Shown here one piece after another: positions 34,742 to 46,141 of a stretch of 64,000 nucleotides of DNA. Made by a program: the position numbers and the translations under genes. Under the pieces are notes generated by a model. That model had not been told where the DNA came from, made no database searches, and saw only the letters and a list, made by a program, of their open reading frames with translations. Source of the DNA: an uncultured Flavobacterium sp. (lineage in GTDB: Bacteria; Bacteroidota; Bacteroidia; Flavobacteriales; Flavobacteriaceae); NCBI GenBank assembly GCA_965650235.1, contig CBFGNY010000003.1, positions 4,520 through 68,519 on the forward strand. Direction: 5' to 3'. Each line of letters begins with the position of its first letter. Positions within the stretch are counted from its first letter, which is position 1.

Positions 34742-35060
34742 TAATTTTTTTCTGAATTGGACATTCAAAAATATTTTAAATATAAAGAGGATAAAATTTT
34801 GCTGACTTTAGTGTTTTAATTCAATTTATATCTACGCAACATTTTTATTTTTTTAAAGTATTATCAAATTCAAGAAGCCTATTTTAATTTAACGGTTTTT
34901 GTAAGCTTTAAAGAGGGTTTAAATGTTTTTTTTCTTTTCGTAGTTGTTTGATTTTTGCGAATTCTGCGTTTAAATCAAAATAAAATCATAAATAAGCTAA
35001 TTTATAGTAGATTACAGAAAAATAAGACTACATTTGTTGTATTATTATAAATAAGTACAT

Positions 35061-35411
35061 ATGAACATTTTTGTTGGAAGCCTTCCATTCAGTATTGAGG
35101 AAGCAGATTTAAGAGAGTCTTTCGAGGCTTACGGAGCAGTTGATTCAGTTAAGATCATTACTGATAAATTTACTGGAAGAAGTAAAGGATTTGGTTTTGT
35201 TGAAATGACAAACGATGATGAGGCTCAAAAAGCAATTGATGAATTGAACGGAGCTACTGTTCAAGGTCGTGCAATTGTTGTTAATAAATCTGAACCAAAA
35301 CCTGAGGGTGAAAGAAGAAGCTTCAATAACAACCGTGGAGGTGATTCTCGCGGAGGTTACGGAAACAACCGTGGTGGTGGAAATGACCGTGGTGGTAGAG
35401 GAGGATATTAA
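35061..35411 (+). CDS. RRM RNA-binding protein with Gly-rich tail
   Basis: RNP2 IFVGSL, RNP1 KGFGFVEM, RGG-rich C-terminus. TACATTTG box at 35029-35036. Confidence 0.95.
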   Translation: MNIFVGSLPFSIEEADLRESFEAYGAVDSVKIITDKFTGRSKGFGFVEMTNDDEAQKAIDELNGATVQGRAIVVNKSEPKPEGERRSFNNNRGGDSRGGYGNNRGGGNDRGGRGGY

Positions 35412-35430
35412 TATTTTTTTCTAAATATAC

Positions 35431-35464
35431 AAAAGGAATCAACTTGCGTTGATTCCTTTTTTGT
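35431..35464 (+). terminator. Terminator of the RRM gene
   Basis: aaaaggaatcaac-ttgc-gttgattcctttt plus T tract. Confidence 0.85.
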
Positions 35465-35473
35465 TTAAAAAAA

Positions 35474-35526
35474 GTTTCAAGTTTCAGGTTTCACGTTGCA
35501 ATAACCTGAAACTTGAAACCTGAAAC
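35474..35526. repeat. Inverted heptamer array at the 3' end of the leu operon
   Basis: GTTTCAA GTTTCAG GTTTCAC opposite cctgaaac ttgaaac ctgaaac, forming a 15-bp stem (35474-35488 with 35505-35519). Confidence 0.75.
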
Positions 35527-35534
35527 AAAATTAA

Positions 35535-36590
35535 TTAGATGTTAGCAGCTAACCAGTCACCTACTTCTTTGGTACCGTATGCTTTGCCGCCATCAGCCAG
35601 GTCTTCAGTAACTATTCCAGCTTCTAAAGCTTTGTTTACAGCATCTCTCATGGCTTTCCCTTCTTCCATCAATCCGAAGTTTTCGAACATCATTGCAGCA
35701 GATAAAACAGTAGCCATTGGGTTAGCAATGTTCAATCCCGTAGCTTGTGGGTAAGAACCGTGAATAGGTTCAAACAAAGATACTTCAGCTCCCATAGATG
35801 CAGAAGGCATTAGTCCCATTGAGCCAGAAATTACAGAAGCTTCATCTGTTAAGATATCTCCAAATAAGTTTTCAGTAATCAATACATCATAAGAGTTTGG
35901 CCATTGAACCAAACGCATTGCAACCGCATCAACAAATTCGTAGCTAACAGTAACTTCTGGATAATCTTTTTCCATTGCCTGAACTGTTTCTCTCCATAAA
36001 CGAGATGTTTCCATTACGTTAGCTTTATCCACACAACATAATTTTTTAGAACGTGTCATCGCTAATTCAAAACCTTTTTTAGCTAAACGCTGTACTTCGG
36101 CTCTTGTGTAAACACAGTTGTCAAAAGCAGTATCTCCGTTATCTTTTCTTCCTTTTTCACCAAAGTAAATTCCGCCTGTTAATTCTCTTAAGAAAACCAG
36201 ATCAGTTCCTTCGATTCTTTCTCTTTTTAATGGAGATTTGTCCAATAAAGACGGGAATGTAAAAGTTGGTCTTACGTTTGCAAACAAACCTAGTGCTTTG
36301 CGCATTTTTAACAAACCTTGTTCTGGTCTTACCGGCGCAGAAGGATCATTGTCGTATTTAGGGTGGCCAATCGCTCCAAAAAGAACTGCATCAGCATTTT
36401 TACAAATTTCATGTGTAGAATCTGGGTAAGGTTCACCTACTGCATCAATTGCAGCAGCACCTGTTAAAGCTGGTTTCCAGGTAATTTCATGTCCAAATTT
36501 TTGTGCAACAGCATCTGATACTTTTACTGCCTGATCAATTACTTCTGGTCCGATTCCGTCTCCGGCTAAAAGAGCTATGTTAAATTTCAT
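35535..36590 (-). CDS. leuB: 3-isopropylmalate dehydrogenase
   Basis: [46 protein letters not shown] and FEPIHGS. Confidence 0.97.
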   Translation of the reverse strand: MKFNIALLAGDGIGPEVIDQAVKVSDAVAQKFGHEITWKPALTGAAAIDAVGEPYPDSTHEICKNADAVLFGAIGHPKYDNDPSAPVRPEQGLLKMRKALGLFANVRPTFTFPSLLDKSPLKRERIEGTDLVFLRELTGGIYFGEKGRKDNGDTAFDNCVYTRAEVQRLAKKGFELAMTRSKKLCCVDKANVMETSRLWRETVQAMEKDYPEVTVSYEFVDAVAMRLVQWPNSYDVLITENLFGDILTDEASVISGSMGLMPSASMGAEVSLFEPIHGSYPQATGLNIANPMATVLSAAMMFENFGLMEEGKAMRDAVNKALEAGIVTEDLADGGKAYGTKEVGDWLAANI

Positions 36591-36639
36591 TTTATTGATA
36601 TTATGGGTTTATTTACTATTTCTATTATTTATTTCAGTT

Positions 36640-38163
36640 TTACTGAGTAATTACATTCAGCATTTTCTGAGTTGCAATAATTGCAGCAACAGTCTGATCC
36701 GAATCTAATCCGCGGGTTTTGAATTCTTTTCCGTTATTTACCCAGGTAATAATAGTTTCACATAAAGCATCCGAACTACTTCCAGGCGGAATTCTCACTG
36801 CGTAATCAATTAACTTTGGGAGTGTTAATTTTTTGCTTTTATAAATTTTGGTTAATGCATTCATGAAGGCATCAAACTGACCATCGCCTTGAGCATTTTC
36901 TTCAATTACTTCTCCATTAAGGTTTAAGGATAAAGTAGTTGATGGTCGCATTCCTTTAGAATGAACCAGCATATAAGATTCGATTTTAATTTTTTCTTCG
37001 TAAGTGTGGCTGTCCAAAACATCAGAAATAATGTATGGAAGATCTTCTTTTGTTACGGTTTCCTTTTTGTCGCCCAGTTCTATAATTCTCTGGGTAACCA
37101 ATTTCAAATCTTCCTGATTTAATTGTAGGCCTAATTCCTGAAGATTTTTTTCGATATTGGCTTTTCCGGAAGTTTTTCCAAGAGCGTATTTTCTTTTTCT
37201 TCCAAAGCGTTCCGGAAGAAGATCATTAAAATACAGATTGTTTTTGTTATCTCCATCAGCGTGAATTCCTGCAGTTTGAGTAAAAACATTATCCCCTACA
37301 ATTGGTTTGTTGGCAGGAATTCTATATCCGGTAAACGTTTCGACCAGTTTGCTTACTGAGTATAAAGAAGTTTCTTTAATATTAATGCTAACCTCCGGCA
37401 GATAATCATTTATAACAGCAACAGTACTTTCAAGCGGAGCATTTCCTGCACGTTCTCCCATTCCGTTTACTGTAACGTGTAGTCCGTGAATTCCCGCTTT
37501 TATAGCTTCCATTACATTGGCGACACTTAAATCGTAATCGTTATGTGCGTGAAAATCAAAATGTGTATTAGGGTATTTGGTTGTAATTTTCGAAATAAAT
37601 TCAAATGCCTGCGACGGAATCAATACACCAAGTGTATCGGGAAGTAAAATTCTTTTCACAGGCTGTTGCGTTAAAAAATCTAAATATTGAAAAACATATT
37701 CGGGAGAGTTTCGCATTCCATTGCTCCAGTCTTCCATATATACATTGGTTTCAATGTTGTTTTCTTTAGCTAAAGCAATAGTCTGGCTAATTTCGGAAAA
37801 ATGTTGTTCCGGTGTTTTTTTTAATTGATGTGTCAGATGATTCAGAGAACCTTTGGTTAATAAATTCTGAACTTTAGCTCCGGATTTTTTCATCCATTCA
37901 ATCGAAAGACCACCGTCAACAAAAGTCAAAACTTCAATTCTGTTTGTATAGCCTTTTTCTTCAGCCCAGGACATAATGCCTTTCACACCTTGAAATTCGC
38001 CCTCACTTACACGTGCAGAGGCAATTTCGATTCTATCAATATTTAATTCTTCCAACAACAATTGTGCAATGGTCAGTTTTTCTGCAGCAGAAAAAGATAC
38101 TCCCGAGGTTTGTTCACCATCACGAAGCGTTGTATCCATTATTTCAATTTTTCTTTTTTCCAT
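36640..38163 (-). CDS. cimA: Citramalate synthase (LeuA superfamily, Leptospira CimA type)
   Basis: DTTLRDGEQ, EIASARVS, NLLTKGSL.HL, EDWSNG, LPDTLG, FHAHNDYDL and FTQTAGIHADGD match the CimA subtype rather than canonical LeuA. ATG 38163 preferred. Confidence 0.82.
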   Translation of the reverse strand: MEKRKIEIMDTTLRDGEQTSGVSFSAAEKLTIAQLLLEELNIDRIEIASARVSEGEFQGVKGIMSWAEEKGYTNRIEVLTFVDGGLSIEWMKKSGAKVQNLLTKGSLNHLTHQLKKTPEQHFSEISQTIALAKENNIETNVYMEDWSNGMRNSPEYVFQYLDFLTQQPVKRILLPDTLGVLIPSQAFEFISKITTKYPNTHFDFHAHNDYDLSVANVMEAIKAGIHGLHVTVNGMGERAGNAPLESTVAVINDYLPEVSINIKETSLYSVSKLVETFTGYRIPANKPIVGDNVFTQTAGIHADGDNKNNLYFNDLLPERFGRKRKYALGKTSGKANIEKNLQELGLQLNQEDLKLVTQRIIELGDKKETVTKEDLPYIISDVLDSHTYEEKIKIESYMLVHSKGMRPSTTLSLNLNGEVIEENAQGDGQFDAFMNALTKIYKSKKLTLPKLIDYAVRIPPGSSSDALCETIITWVNNGKEFKTRGLDSDQTVAAIIATQKMLNVITQ

Positions 38164-38291
38164 TCTAAATATGATATGACTTTTGGGCGATTTGATAATT
38201 ATCGAATCGAATTTTATAAAATTGTAAAAAGCAGTTACAAAGCCCAACTATAAAATTGAAACTTACATAACTGCATTTGAGTTGGTTGTGT

Positions 38292-38888
38292 TTAGTAAGG
38301 CAGTTTGTCAGCAAAAGCTACAATATCTTCCTTAATATTTTGTAAATAATCAATGTCGTCAAATCCATTAATCATGTTGTTCTTTTTGTAGCCATTGATC
38401 GCAAAAGATTCTGATTGACCAGTGGCCAATAAAGTAATCGTTTGATTAGGTAAGTTGATTTCTAATTGCGTATTAGGATCAGCTTCGATTGCTTTGAAAA
38501 TAGTATCCGCAAATTCTGGGCTAACCTGAACGGGCAAAACACCAATATTTAAACAGTTTCCTTTGAAGATATCAGCAAAGAAACTCGAAACTACAGCTCT
38601 GAAACCGTAATCATAAACTGCCCATGCAGCGTGCTCTCTTGAAGATCCTGAACCAAAGTTTTTCCCTCCAACAAGTATTTTTCCGCTGTAAGTTGGGTTG
38701 TTTAAAACGAAATCAGCTTTTGGAGTATCATCTCCGTTATATCTCCAGTCTCTGAAAAGATTATCTCCAAAACCTTCACGTTTTGTAGCTTTTAAGAAAC
38801 GTGCAGGGATGATTTGATCTGTATCTACGTTCTCAATAGGCAGTGGCACTGCACTGCTGGTAAGTATATTAAATTTATCGTATGACAT
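38292..38888 (-). CDS. leuD: 3-isopropylmalate dehydratase small subunit
   Basis: [25 protein letters not shown] and [11 protein letters not shown] 38888. Confidence 0.96.
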   Translation of the reverse strand: MSYDKFNILTSSAVPLPIENVDTDQIIPARFLKATKREGFGDNLFRDWRYNGDDTPKADFVLNNPTYSGKILVGGKNFGSGSSREHAAWAVYDYGFRAVVSSFFADIFKGNCLNIGVLPVQVSPEFADTIFKAIEADPNTQLEINLPNQTITLLATGQSESFAINGYKKNNMINGFDDIDYLQNIKEDIVAFADKLPY

Positions 38889-38909
38889 TTTTATTTGTTT
38901 TTTTGGCAA

Positions 38910-38932
38910 TCGGCTTTGGGCTTTGGGCTTTG
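38910..38932. repeat. Heptamer array, leuD-side flank of the four-helix-bundle gene
   Basis: tc + (GGCTTTG)x3. Confidence 0.85.
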
Positions 38933-38942
38933 GCAAACTGCG

Positions 38943-39302
38943 CTAATTTTGTTGATTTAATTTTAGTCTTAATTGGTAAACCTGTTTTCTAATTTGAATT
39001 ACTTTGTTTTCTAAAGTCTGATGAATTTCAGAACTTAAATATTTCAAGTCAGAAGTTAGTAATAATAAATATTCAACCTCTGAACAGGAAGCAATTGCAA
39101 TATTCAAATATCTTGCAAATTCTTTTTCGGAATTAGAGCCACAACCTTCAGCAAAATTTGTTGGAATAGAAGAAACTGCTCTTCTCAATTGACTTGTTAA
39201 TCCAAATAATTCTTCTTTTGGAAATTCTTTCGTTACCTGATAAACTTCAAGTGTAAACAAATGACTTTCTTGCCAAACATTATATTTTCTAAAATCTCTC
39301 AT
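38943..39302 (-). CDS. Four helix bundle protein (23S rRNA IVS-protein / Avd-like family)
   Basis: MRDFRKYNVWQ, FPKEELFGLTSQLRRAVSSIPTNFAEG and FARYLNIAIASCSEV. ATG 39302. Confidence 0.92.
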   Translation of the reverse strand: MRDFRKYNVWQESHLFTLEVYQVTKEFPKEELFGLTSQLRRAVSSIPTNFAEGCGSNSEKEFARYLNIAIASCSEVEYLLLLTSDLKYLSSEIHQTLENKVIQIRKQVYQLRLKLNQQN

Positions 39303-39310
39303 ATGGGCTG

Positions 39311-39368
39311 TCGGCTTTGGGCTTCGGGCTTTGAGCCGATAGCTCACAGCTCAAGGCTCATAGCTTTT
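39311..39368. repeat. Heptamer array, leuC-side flank of the four-helix-bundle gene
   Basis: tc + GGCTTTG GGCTTCG GGCTTTG AGCCGAT AGCTCAC AGCTCAA GGCTCAT AGCTTTT. The first 23 nt match the other flank at 22/23. Confidence 0.85.
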
Positions 39369-40762
39369 TAAAACAACTCTCTTGGATCTGTTAGTTTTCC
39401 TGTAACAGCAGCAGCGGCAGCCATAATTGGACTCGCTAATAATGTTCTTGAACCAGGACCCTGACGACCTTCAAAGTTTCTGTTTGAAGTACTCACTGCA
39501 TATTTTCCGGCTGGCACTTTATCATCGTTCATTGCCAAACATGCTGAACATCCAGGCTGACGTAATACAAAACCAGCTTCTGTCAAAATATCTAAAATAC
39601 CTTCTTCTTTAATTTGAGCTTCAACAACGTGAGAACCCGGAACTAACCAAGCGGTAACATTATCTGCTTTTTTTCTTCCTTTTACAATTTCGGCGAAAGC
39701 CCTAAAATCTTCAATACGTCCGTTTGTACAACTTCCTAAGAAAACATAATCAATTGGTTTTCCAATCATTACATCGTCTTCGCTGAAACCCATGTATGCT
39801 AGAGATTTTTTGTAAGTTTCCTCGCCGCCTTCAACCTGGTCAGCACTTGGAATATGTTTTGTGATACCAATTCCCATTCCAGGATTTGTACCATAAGTAA
39901 TCATCGGTTCTATATCTGAAGCTTTGATGTTTAATTCCGCATCGAAAACAGCATCAGCATCTGTTTTTAAAGTTTTCCAGTATTCCACTGCTTTAGTCCA
40001 GGCTTCTCCTTTTGGAGCGTATAAACGTCCTTCAAGGAAATCAAAAGTAGTCTGGTCAGGAGCAATCATTCCACCACGGGCACCCATTTCAATACTTAGG
40101 TTGCAAACCGTCATACGACCTTCCATAGTCATATTTTCGAAAACATCTCCGGCGTATTCAACAAAATAACCTGTACCTCCAGAAGTAGTTAATTGTGCAA
40201 TAATGTAAAGTGCAACGTCTTTTGGACCAACACCTTTGCTCAATTGACCATTTACGTTGATACGCATTTTCTTTGGTTTTGGCTGCATAATACATTGAGT
40301 AGAAAGCACCATCTCCACCTCAGAAGTTCCGATACCAAAAGCAATAGCTCCAAAAGCACCGTGCGTAGACGTGTGAGAATCTCCACAAACAATAGTAGCA
40401 CCTGGCAAAGTAATTCCGTTTTCAGGACCAACTACGTGTACAATTCCGTTTTTAATGTGACCTAATCCCCAGTGCGAAATTCCGTATTCGTTGGCATTAT
40501 CTTCAAGTGCTTTAAGCTGGTTTGCAGATAAAGCATCTTCAACTGGTAAATGTTGGTTTATGGTTGGTGTATTGTGATCTGCAGTGGCAAAAGTACGCTC
40601 TGGGTATAAAACCGAAACGCCTCTGGCTTTTAATCCTAAAAAAGCAACAGGACTCGTAACTTCGTGAATGAAATGGCGGTCAATAAAAAACACATCTGGT
40701 CCATCTTCAATTTTACGCACTACATGTGAATCCCATACTTTGTCAAATAATGTCTTACTCAT
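39368..40762 (-). CDS. leuC: 3-isopropylmalate dehydratase large subunit
   Basis: [50 protein letters not shown] and [12 protein letters not shown]. Confidence 0.97.
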   Translation of the reverse strand: MSKTLFDKVWDSHVVRKIEDGPDVFFIDRHFIHEVTSPVAFLGLKARGVSVLYPERTFATADHNTPTINQHLPVEDALSANQLKALEDNANEYGISHWGLGHIKNGIVHVVGPENGITLPGATIVCGDSHTSTHGAFGAIAFGIGTSEVEMVLSTQCIMQPKPKKMRINVNGQLSKGVGPKDVALYIIAQLTTSGGTGYFVEYAGDVFENMTMEGRMTVCNLSIEMGARGGMIAPDQTTFDFLEGRLYAPKGEAWTKAVEYWKTLKTDADAVFDAELNIKASDIEPMITYGTNPGMGIGITKHIPSADQVEGGEETYKKSLAYMGFSEDDVMIGKPIDYVFLGSCTNGRIEDFRAFAEIVKGRKKADNVTAWLVPGSHVVEAQIKEEGILDILTEAGFVLRQPGCSACLAMNDDKVPAGKYAVSTSNRNFEGRQGPGSRTLLASPIMAAAAAVTGKLTDPRELF

Positions 40763-41424
40763 TTTTTATTTTTTTTAATTGTAATTCTATAACCACAGCA
40801 ATTCCTGCTCATTATAATAGCAAAACAAAAGTAAAAAAAGATACAAAGGCGTCAATTTCAATATTCCATTATATACGATACCCAAACTAAATTACAAATT
40901 GTGAATAGGGTTTTAGCAATTCAATTTTGGCAGAAAAATGATTTAGAAATTGATTTTGATTTTCTTTTTTAGCTTTAATTTTATGTGATTCTTTTTTCTT
41001 TTAATAGTTTGCAAATTTATCTTATAAATGCTATAAAATAGAAGAATTAATTCGAAAAAATGTAACAAATCGTATAAAAATAGTAATAATTACTAGTTTT
41101 GATTTCTTTTTGAAACAGGAACTTTATTAGTTTTTGAATGCTTTTACAGTTGGTTTTTGTCTGTTATTTAGATTCAATAAAGGGTCTGAATACTACGACA
41201 TCCAAGAAGCATATTTTTATCAAAATTTATGAATTTTAAGAGAAAAATTGATTTGTTCATAAGAATAACTTTTTAGTAATTTATCCATTTCCTTCTCCAA
41301 AAAATAGACTAAATTTGAACTTCCTCCATTTTTCATTTGTAAATTTTTATAGACCCTATAATCAATGGTTTACAAATGAATAATTGGAATTTGGAATTTA
41401 AAAATTGTCTTTTACAGAAAACCT

Positions 41425-44400
41425 ATGTACTTAATATTCGATACCGAAACAACCGGATTGCCAAAACGCTGGGATGCTCCCATTACAGATTCTGATAACT
41501 GGCCGCGCTGTATTCAGATTGCCTGGCAGCTTCACGACGAAATGGGACAGCTTATTGAACATCAGGATTATTTGGTAAAGCCAGATGGGTTCAATATTCC
41601 GTATGATGCTGAACGTATTCACGGAATTTCGACTGAATTGGCTGAAGCCGATGGAATCACGCTGGCCGAAGTTTTGGAGAAATTCAATATTGCTTTAAGC
41701 AAAACAAAATTTATTGTCGGGCAGAATTTAGGTTTTGACGTCAATATTATGGGTGCGGAATTCCATAGAATGGGTGTCGATTCGCCAATGAGTACCATGC
41801 CGGTTTTAGATACTTGTACCGAAGTTACGGCTTCTTTATTACAGCTTCCGGGAGGTCGTGGAGGGAAATTTAAATTACCAACCTTAACCGAATTACACAG
41901 TTATCTTTTCAATAAACCTTTTTCGGAAGCGCACAACGCAACTGCTGACGTTGAGGCGACTACGCGTTGTTTTTTAGAGTTAATCAGAAGAGAGATTTTT
42001 ACTAAAGAAGAACTGGATGTTCCGAAGGATTATTTCAGAGAATTTCAGGAAAGAAATCCACAGGAATTTCCTTTAATCGGATTAAAACACATCAATTTAA
42101 AAGCAGCTTCTGACAAAATCAGGGAGCAAATTAAAGCTTTACAAGTTGATGATGTACAAACTACGGTTTCAGAATCAGACAGAGCAGATTTTAAAGCCGC
42201 AAAATACGCACATTTACATAATCATACGCAGTTTTCGGTTCTTCAATCTACAATCGGAATTGGAAATCTTGTTGCGGCTACAGCCAAAAACGGAATGCCG
42301 GCCGTTGCCATGACAGATACAGGAAACATGATGGGCGCTTTCCATTTTGTGAGTGCCGTTATGAACCATAACAAAGCAGCATCGGGTAAAAATAAAGCGT
42401 TAGTTGAAGCTGGGGAAGAACCGACAGAAACTGAAATAAAACCAATTGTTGGATGCGAATTTAATATCTGCGACAATCATTTGGATAAAAGTAAAAAAGA
42501 CAATGGGTATCAGGTTGTTTTGCTTGCTAAAAATAAAGCAGGTTATCACAATTTGGCAAAAATGGCTTCGATTGCTTACACAGAAGGATTTTATTACGTG
42601 CCGAGAATTGATCGAAATATAGTCGAGAAGTACAAAGAAGATATCATGGTATTGTCTGGAAATTTATACGGAGAAATTCCGAGTAAAATTCTGAACATAG
42701 GTGAAAACCAGGCCGAGGAAGCTTTGATTTGGTGGAAGGAACAATTTGGTGATGATTTCTATTTGGAAGTGATGCGTCACAATCAGGAAGATGAAAATCG
42801 TGTGAATAAAACCCTGATTGAGTTTTCTCAAAAACACAATGTCAAATTAATTGCTACCAATAATACTTACTATTTAAATAAAGAAGATGCCAATGCGCAC
42901 GATATTTTATTGTGTGTAAAAGACGGAGAAAAACAGGCAACGCCAATTGGTCGTGGCCGTGGTTACCGTTACGGATTACCCAATCAGGAATACTATTATA
43001 AGTCGCAGGAAGAGATGAAAAAACTCTTTGCCGATTTGCCGGAAGCCATTATCAATATTCAGGAAATCGTGGATAAGGTCGAAGGGTATTCGCTTTATCG
43101 TGACGTATTGCTTCCGAAATTTGATATTCCCGAAGAATTTTTTGTTGCCGAAGATGAAGCGGATGGAGGCGTTCGCGGTGAAAATAAATACCTTCGTCAC
43201 TTAACGATGGTGGGCGCAGCAAAACGATATGGAGAAATCACAGAATCGATTCAGGAACGTCTGGATTTTGAGTTATTGACGATTTCTAATTCCGGTTATC
43301 CAGGGTACTTTTTGATCGTACAGGATTTTATCGCTGAAGCCCGAAAAATGGATGTTTCGGTAGGACCGGGACGTGGATCTGCAGCGGGATCTGCGGTTGC
43401 TTATTGTTTAGGAATTACCAACATTGACCCAATTAAGTACGATTTGCTTTTTGAGCGTTTCCTGAATCCGGATCGTGTGTCCATGCCCGATATTGATATC
43501 GATTTTGATGATGAAGGCCGTGGACGTGTTATGGAATATGTAATCAATAAGTACGGTAAAAATCAGGTGGCCCAAATTATCACCTATGGTAAAATGGCGA
43601 CTAAATCGGCCATTCGTGATACAGCGCGTGTATTGGATTTACCATTATTTGAAGCCGACAGAATTGCAAAACTGATTCCGGGAATGATGCCGTCTAAATG
43701 GAATTTGGCGCGCTTTATTTCGGAAAGCGAAGAGGAAGTTAAAAAAGCGCTTCGATCAGATGAATTTGATGCTGTAAAAGAATTGATTGCCATTGCCAAT
43801 GAAGATGATTTGGCAGGGGAAACCATACAGCAGGCAAAAATTTTGGAAGGTTCGATGCGAAATACCGGAATTCACGCTTGTGGGGTAATCATTACGCCAT
43901 CGGATATTACGAATTTCGTTCCCGTAACCACAGCAAAAGACTCCGATTTATATGTTACGCAGTTTGATAACTCGGTTGCAGAAAGTGCCGGATTGCTGAA
44001 AATGGACTTCCTGGGTCTGAAGACCCTTACACTTATAAAAGATACCGTAAAACTGGTAAAATACAGAACGAACATTGATCTGGATCCGGATACTTTTCCG
44101 ATTGATGATCCTGAAACCTATGCACTTTTCCAAAGAGGAGAAACGGTTGGAATCTTCCAATACGAGTCACCTGGGATGCAGAAATACATGAAAGATCTGA
44201 AACCAACGGTTTTTGGGGATTTAATTGCGATGAATGCCTTGTACCGTCCTGGGCCTTTGGAATATATTCCGTCTTTCGTTCGAAGAAAAAATGGAGAGGA
44301 AGAAATCAAATACGATTTAGATGCGTGCGAAGAATATTTAGGAGAGACTTACGGTATTACCGTTTATCAGGAGCAGGTAATGCTTTTGTCCCAATCCCTG

Positions 44401-45963
44401 GCTGGTTTTACAAAGGGTGAAGCCGACGTTTTGCGTAAAGCGATGGGTAAAAAACAAAAGGATGTTCTGGATAAAATGAAACCGAAATTTGTGGAACAGG
44501 CTGCTGCAAAAGGTCATGATGCCAAAATTTTAGAGAAAATCTGGAAAGACTGGGAAGCTTTTGCAAGTTATGCCTTCAACAAATCGCACTCGACTTGTTA
44601 TGCGTGGATTGCGTATCAAACGGCTTATTTAAAAGCGCATTATCCGGCAGAATATATGGCGGCTGTACTTTCGAATAACATGAATGATATCAAACAGGTA
44701 TCCTTTTTCATGGAAGAATGTAAACGTATGGGATTGCAGGTTTTAGGTCCTTGCGTAAATGAATCCTACTATAAATTTACGGTAAATGATGATTATGCCG
44801 TTCGTTTCGGAATGGGGGCGATTAAGGGTGTAGGTTCTGGAGCTGTAGCAACTATCGTTGAAAGCAGAAAAGACGGAAGATACAAATCGATTTTTGACCT
44901 GGCAAAACGTATTGATTTGCGTGCAGCCAATAAAAAAGCAATCGAAAATCTAGCTCTTGCGGGAGGTTTTGATTCGTTTGAAGGAACAACAAGAGCGCAA
45001 TATTTTCATGATGACGGTGACGGAATTACTTTTTATGAAAAAGCGATTCGTTATGGCTCTAAGTTTCAGGAAAATGAAAATTCTTCGCAAGTTAGTTTGT
45101 TTGGAGAAACCAGCGAAGTACAGATCGCAGAGCCTGTTGTACCTCCTTGTGAAGACTGGAGTACGATGGAAAAGCTCGCAAAAGAAAAAGAGGTTGTCGG
45201 AATTTATATTTCCGGTCATCCTTTGGACGACTTTAGATTTGAAATGAAATACTTCTGTAATGCGAGATTGGAAGCCTTGAAAAGCATGGAACAATATGTA
45301 GGTAAAAATTTAACTTTTGCCGGAATTATCAATAATGTGCAACATCGAATTTCTAAAAACGGAAAAGGCTGGGCGATGTTTACTCTGGAAGGTTATGATG
45401 AGAGTTATGAGTTCCGGATTTTTAATGAGGAGTATCTAAAATTTCGCCATTTCCTGATTCAGAATAATTTTGCTCATATAAAAGTATTGATTAAAGATGG
45501 CTGGGTAAATCATGACACGGGCAAAAAATCAGAACCCAGATTGCAGTTTGTTGAAGTGAAACAACTACAGGATGTTTTAGAAACTTTTGCTAAAAAATTG
45601 GTACTGTTATTAAATATCAAGGATCTGCAAACTGAATTTATTCATAAGCTTAGTCATTTATTTAATGAAAATAAGGGTGATAATACTGTTTCTTTTGAAA
45701 TCATGGAATTAGAGAAGATAAAACGTCTCGTTGAGGTAGAAACTACAAATGAGTTTGAAGAAACAGAAGATGCTGTTTTTACAGATGAAAATGAAGATAC
45801 AGATGTAGCTCTTGATAATACCAAAATAAAAGAAGTAACAGAAGTTGAAGAAATAAAAGTAGTGACCAAATTAACCATGCCAAGCCGAAGACTTAAAATT
45901 AAAATTTCGACAGAATTATTACAGGAATTAGAAAAAATGCAGGTTAATTTTAAGCTCAACTAA
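41425..45963 (+). CDS. dnaE: DNA polymerase III alpha subunit with N-terminal DEDDh 3'-5' exonuclease domain
   Basis: FDTETTG and HNATADV exonuclease motifs, PHP HLHNHTQFS, GRGSAAGS, PDIDIDFD, KMDFLGL and YAFNKSHS. Confidence 0.97.
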   Translation: MYLIFDTETTGLPKRWDAPITDSDNWPRCIQIAWQLHDEMGQLIEHQDYLVKPDGFNIPYDAERIHGISTELAEADGITLAEVLEKFNIALSKTKFIVGQNLGFDVNIMGAEFHRMGVDSPMSTMPVLDTCTEVTASLLQLPGGRGGKFKLPTLTELHSYLFNKPFSEAHNATADVEATTRCFLELIRREIFTKEELDVPKDYFREFQERNPQEFPLIGLKHINLKAASDKIREQIKALQVDDVQTTVSESDRADFKAAKYAHLHNHTQFSVLQSTIGIGNLVAATAKNGMPAVAMTDTGNMMGAFHFVSAVMNHNKAASGKNKALVEAGEEPTETEIKPIVGCEFNICDNHLDKSKKDNGYQVVLLAKNKAGYHNLAKMASIAYTEGFYYVPRIDRNIVEKYKEDIMVLSGNLYGEIPSKILNIGENQAEEALIWWKEQFGDDFYLEVMRHNQEDENRVNKTLIEFSQKHNVKLIATNNTYYLNKEDANAHDILLCVKDGEKQATPIGRGRGYRYGLPNQEYYYKSQEEMKKLFADLPEAIINIQEIVDKVEGYSLYRDVLLPKFDIPEEFFVAEDEADGGVRGENKYLRHLTMVGAAKRYGEITESIQERLDFELLTISNSGYPGYFLIVQDFIAEARKMDVSVGPGRGSAAGSAVAYCLGITNIDPIKYDLLFERFLNPDRVSMPDIDIDFDDEGRGRVMEYVINKYGKNQVAQIITYGKMATKSAIRDTARVLDLPLFEADRIAKLIPGMMPSKWNLARFISESEEEVKKALRSDEFDAVKELIAIANEDDLAGETIQQAKILEGSMRNTGIHACGVIITPSDITNFVPVTTAKDSDLYVTQFDNSVAESAGLLKMDFLGLKTLTLIKDTVKLVKYRTNIDLDPDTFPIDDPETYALFQRGETVGIFQYESPGMQKYMKDLKPTVFGDLIAMNALYRPGPLEYIPSFVRRKNGEEEIKYDLDACEEYLGETYGITVYQEQVMLLSQSLAGFTKGEADVLRKAMGKKQKDVLDKMKPKFVEQAAAKGHDAKILEKIWKDWEAFASYAFNKSHSTCYAWIAYQTAYLKAHYPAEYMAAVLSNNMNDIKQVSFFMEECKRMGLQVLGPCVNESYYKFTVNDDYAVRFGMGAIKGVGSGAVATIVESRKDGRYKSIFDLAKRIDLRAANKKAIENLALAGGFDSFEGTTRAQYFHDDGDGITFYEKAIRYGSKFQENENSSQVSLFGETSEVQIAEPVVPPCEDWSTMEKLAKEKEVVGIYISGHPLDDFRFEMKYFCNARLEALKSMEQYVGKNLTFAGIINNVQHRISKNGKGWAMFTLEGYDESYEFRIFNEEYLKFRHFLIQNNFAHIKVLIKDGWVNHDTGKKSEPRLQFVEVKQLQDVLETFAKKLVLLLNIKDLQTEFIHKLSHLFNENKGDNTVSFEIMELEKIKRLVEVETTNEFEETEDAVFTDENEDTDVALDNTKIKEVTEVEEIKVVTKLTMPSRRLKIKISTELLQELEKMQVNFKLN

Positions 45964-46141
45964 AATTTAACAGTTAAAATTTAAGCAATAATGAAGCTTT
46001 TAGGTTAAAAATATGCATGCATAGTAATTTCTTGTGTTGTTGTTTTTTAAATCAATAATAATCATGGAAAGGGTGGAAATGTTGTAATAAAAGAAGCTTT
46101 AATTATTATAAGTTTGTACTGAAAATTAACAACGAAAAATT

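Noticed and set aside
38943-39302. Four-helix-bundle protein as the Avd of a diversity-generating retroelement
   Set aside because: No reverse transcriptase or template/variable repeat pair is present in the window.
38910-39368. Heptamer arrays as a CRISPR array
   Set aside because: Units are 7 nt with no unique spacers, and there are no cas genes.
40763-41424. Leucine attenuator or riboswitch upstream of leuC
   Set aside because: The short minus-strand ORFs there ([20 protein letters not shown]) have no Leu/Ile run, and no recognisable aptamer was found.
41425-45963. Unusual length, exonuclease fusion and acidic insert of DnaE; possible intein
   Set aside because: The N-terminal exonuclease fusion is usual in Bacteroidota DnaE, core motifs run uninterrupted, and no intein splice motifs were seen.
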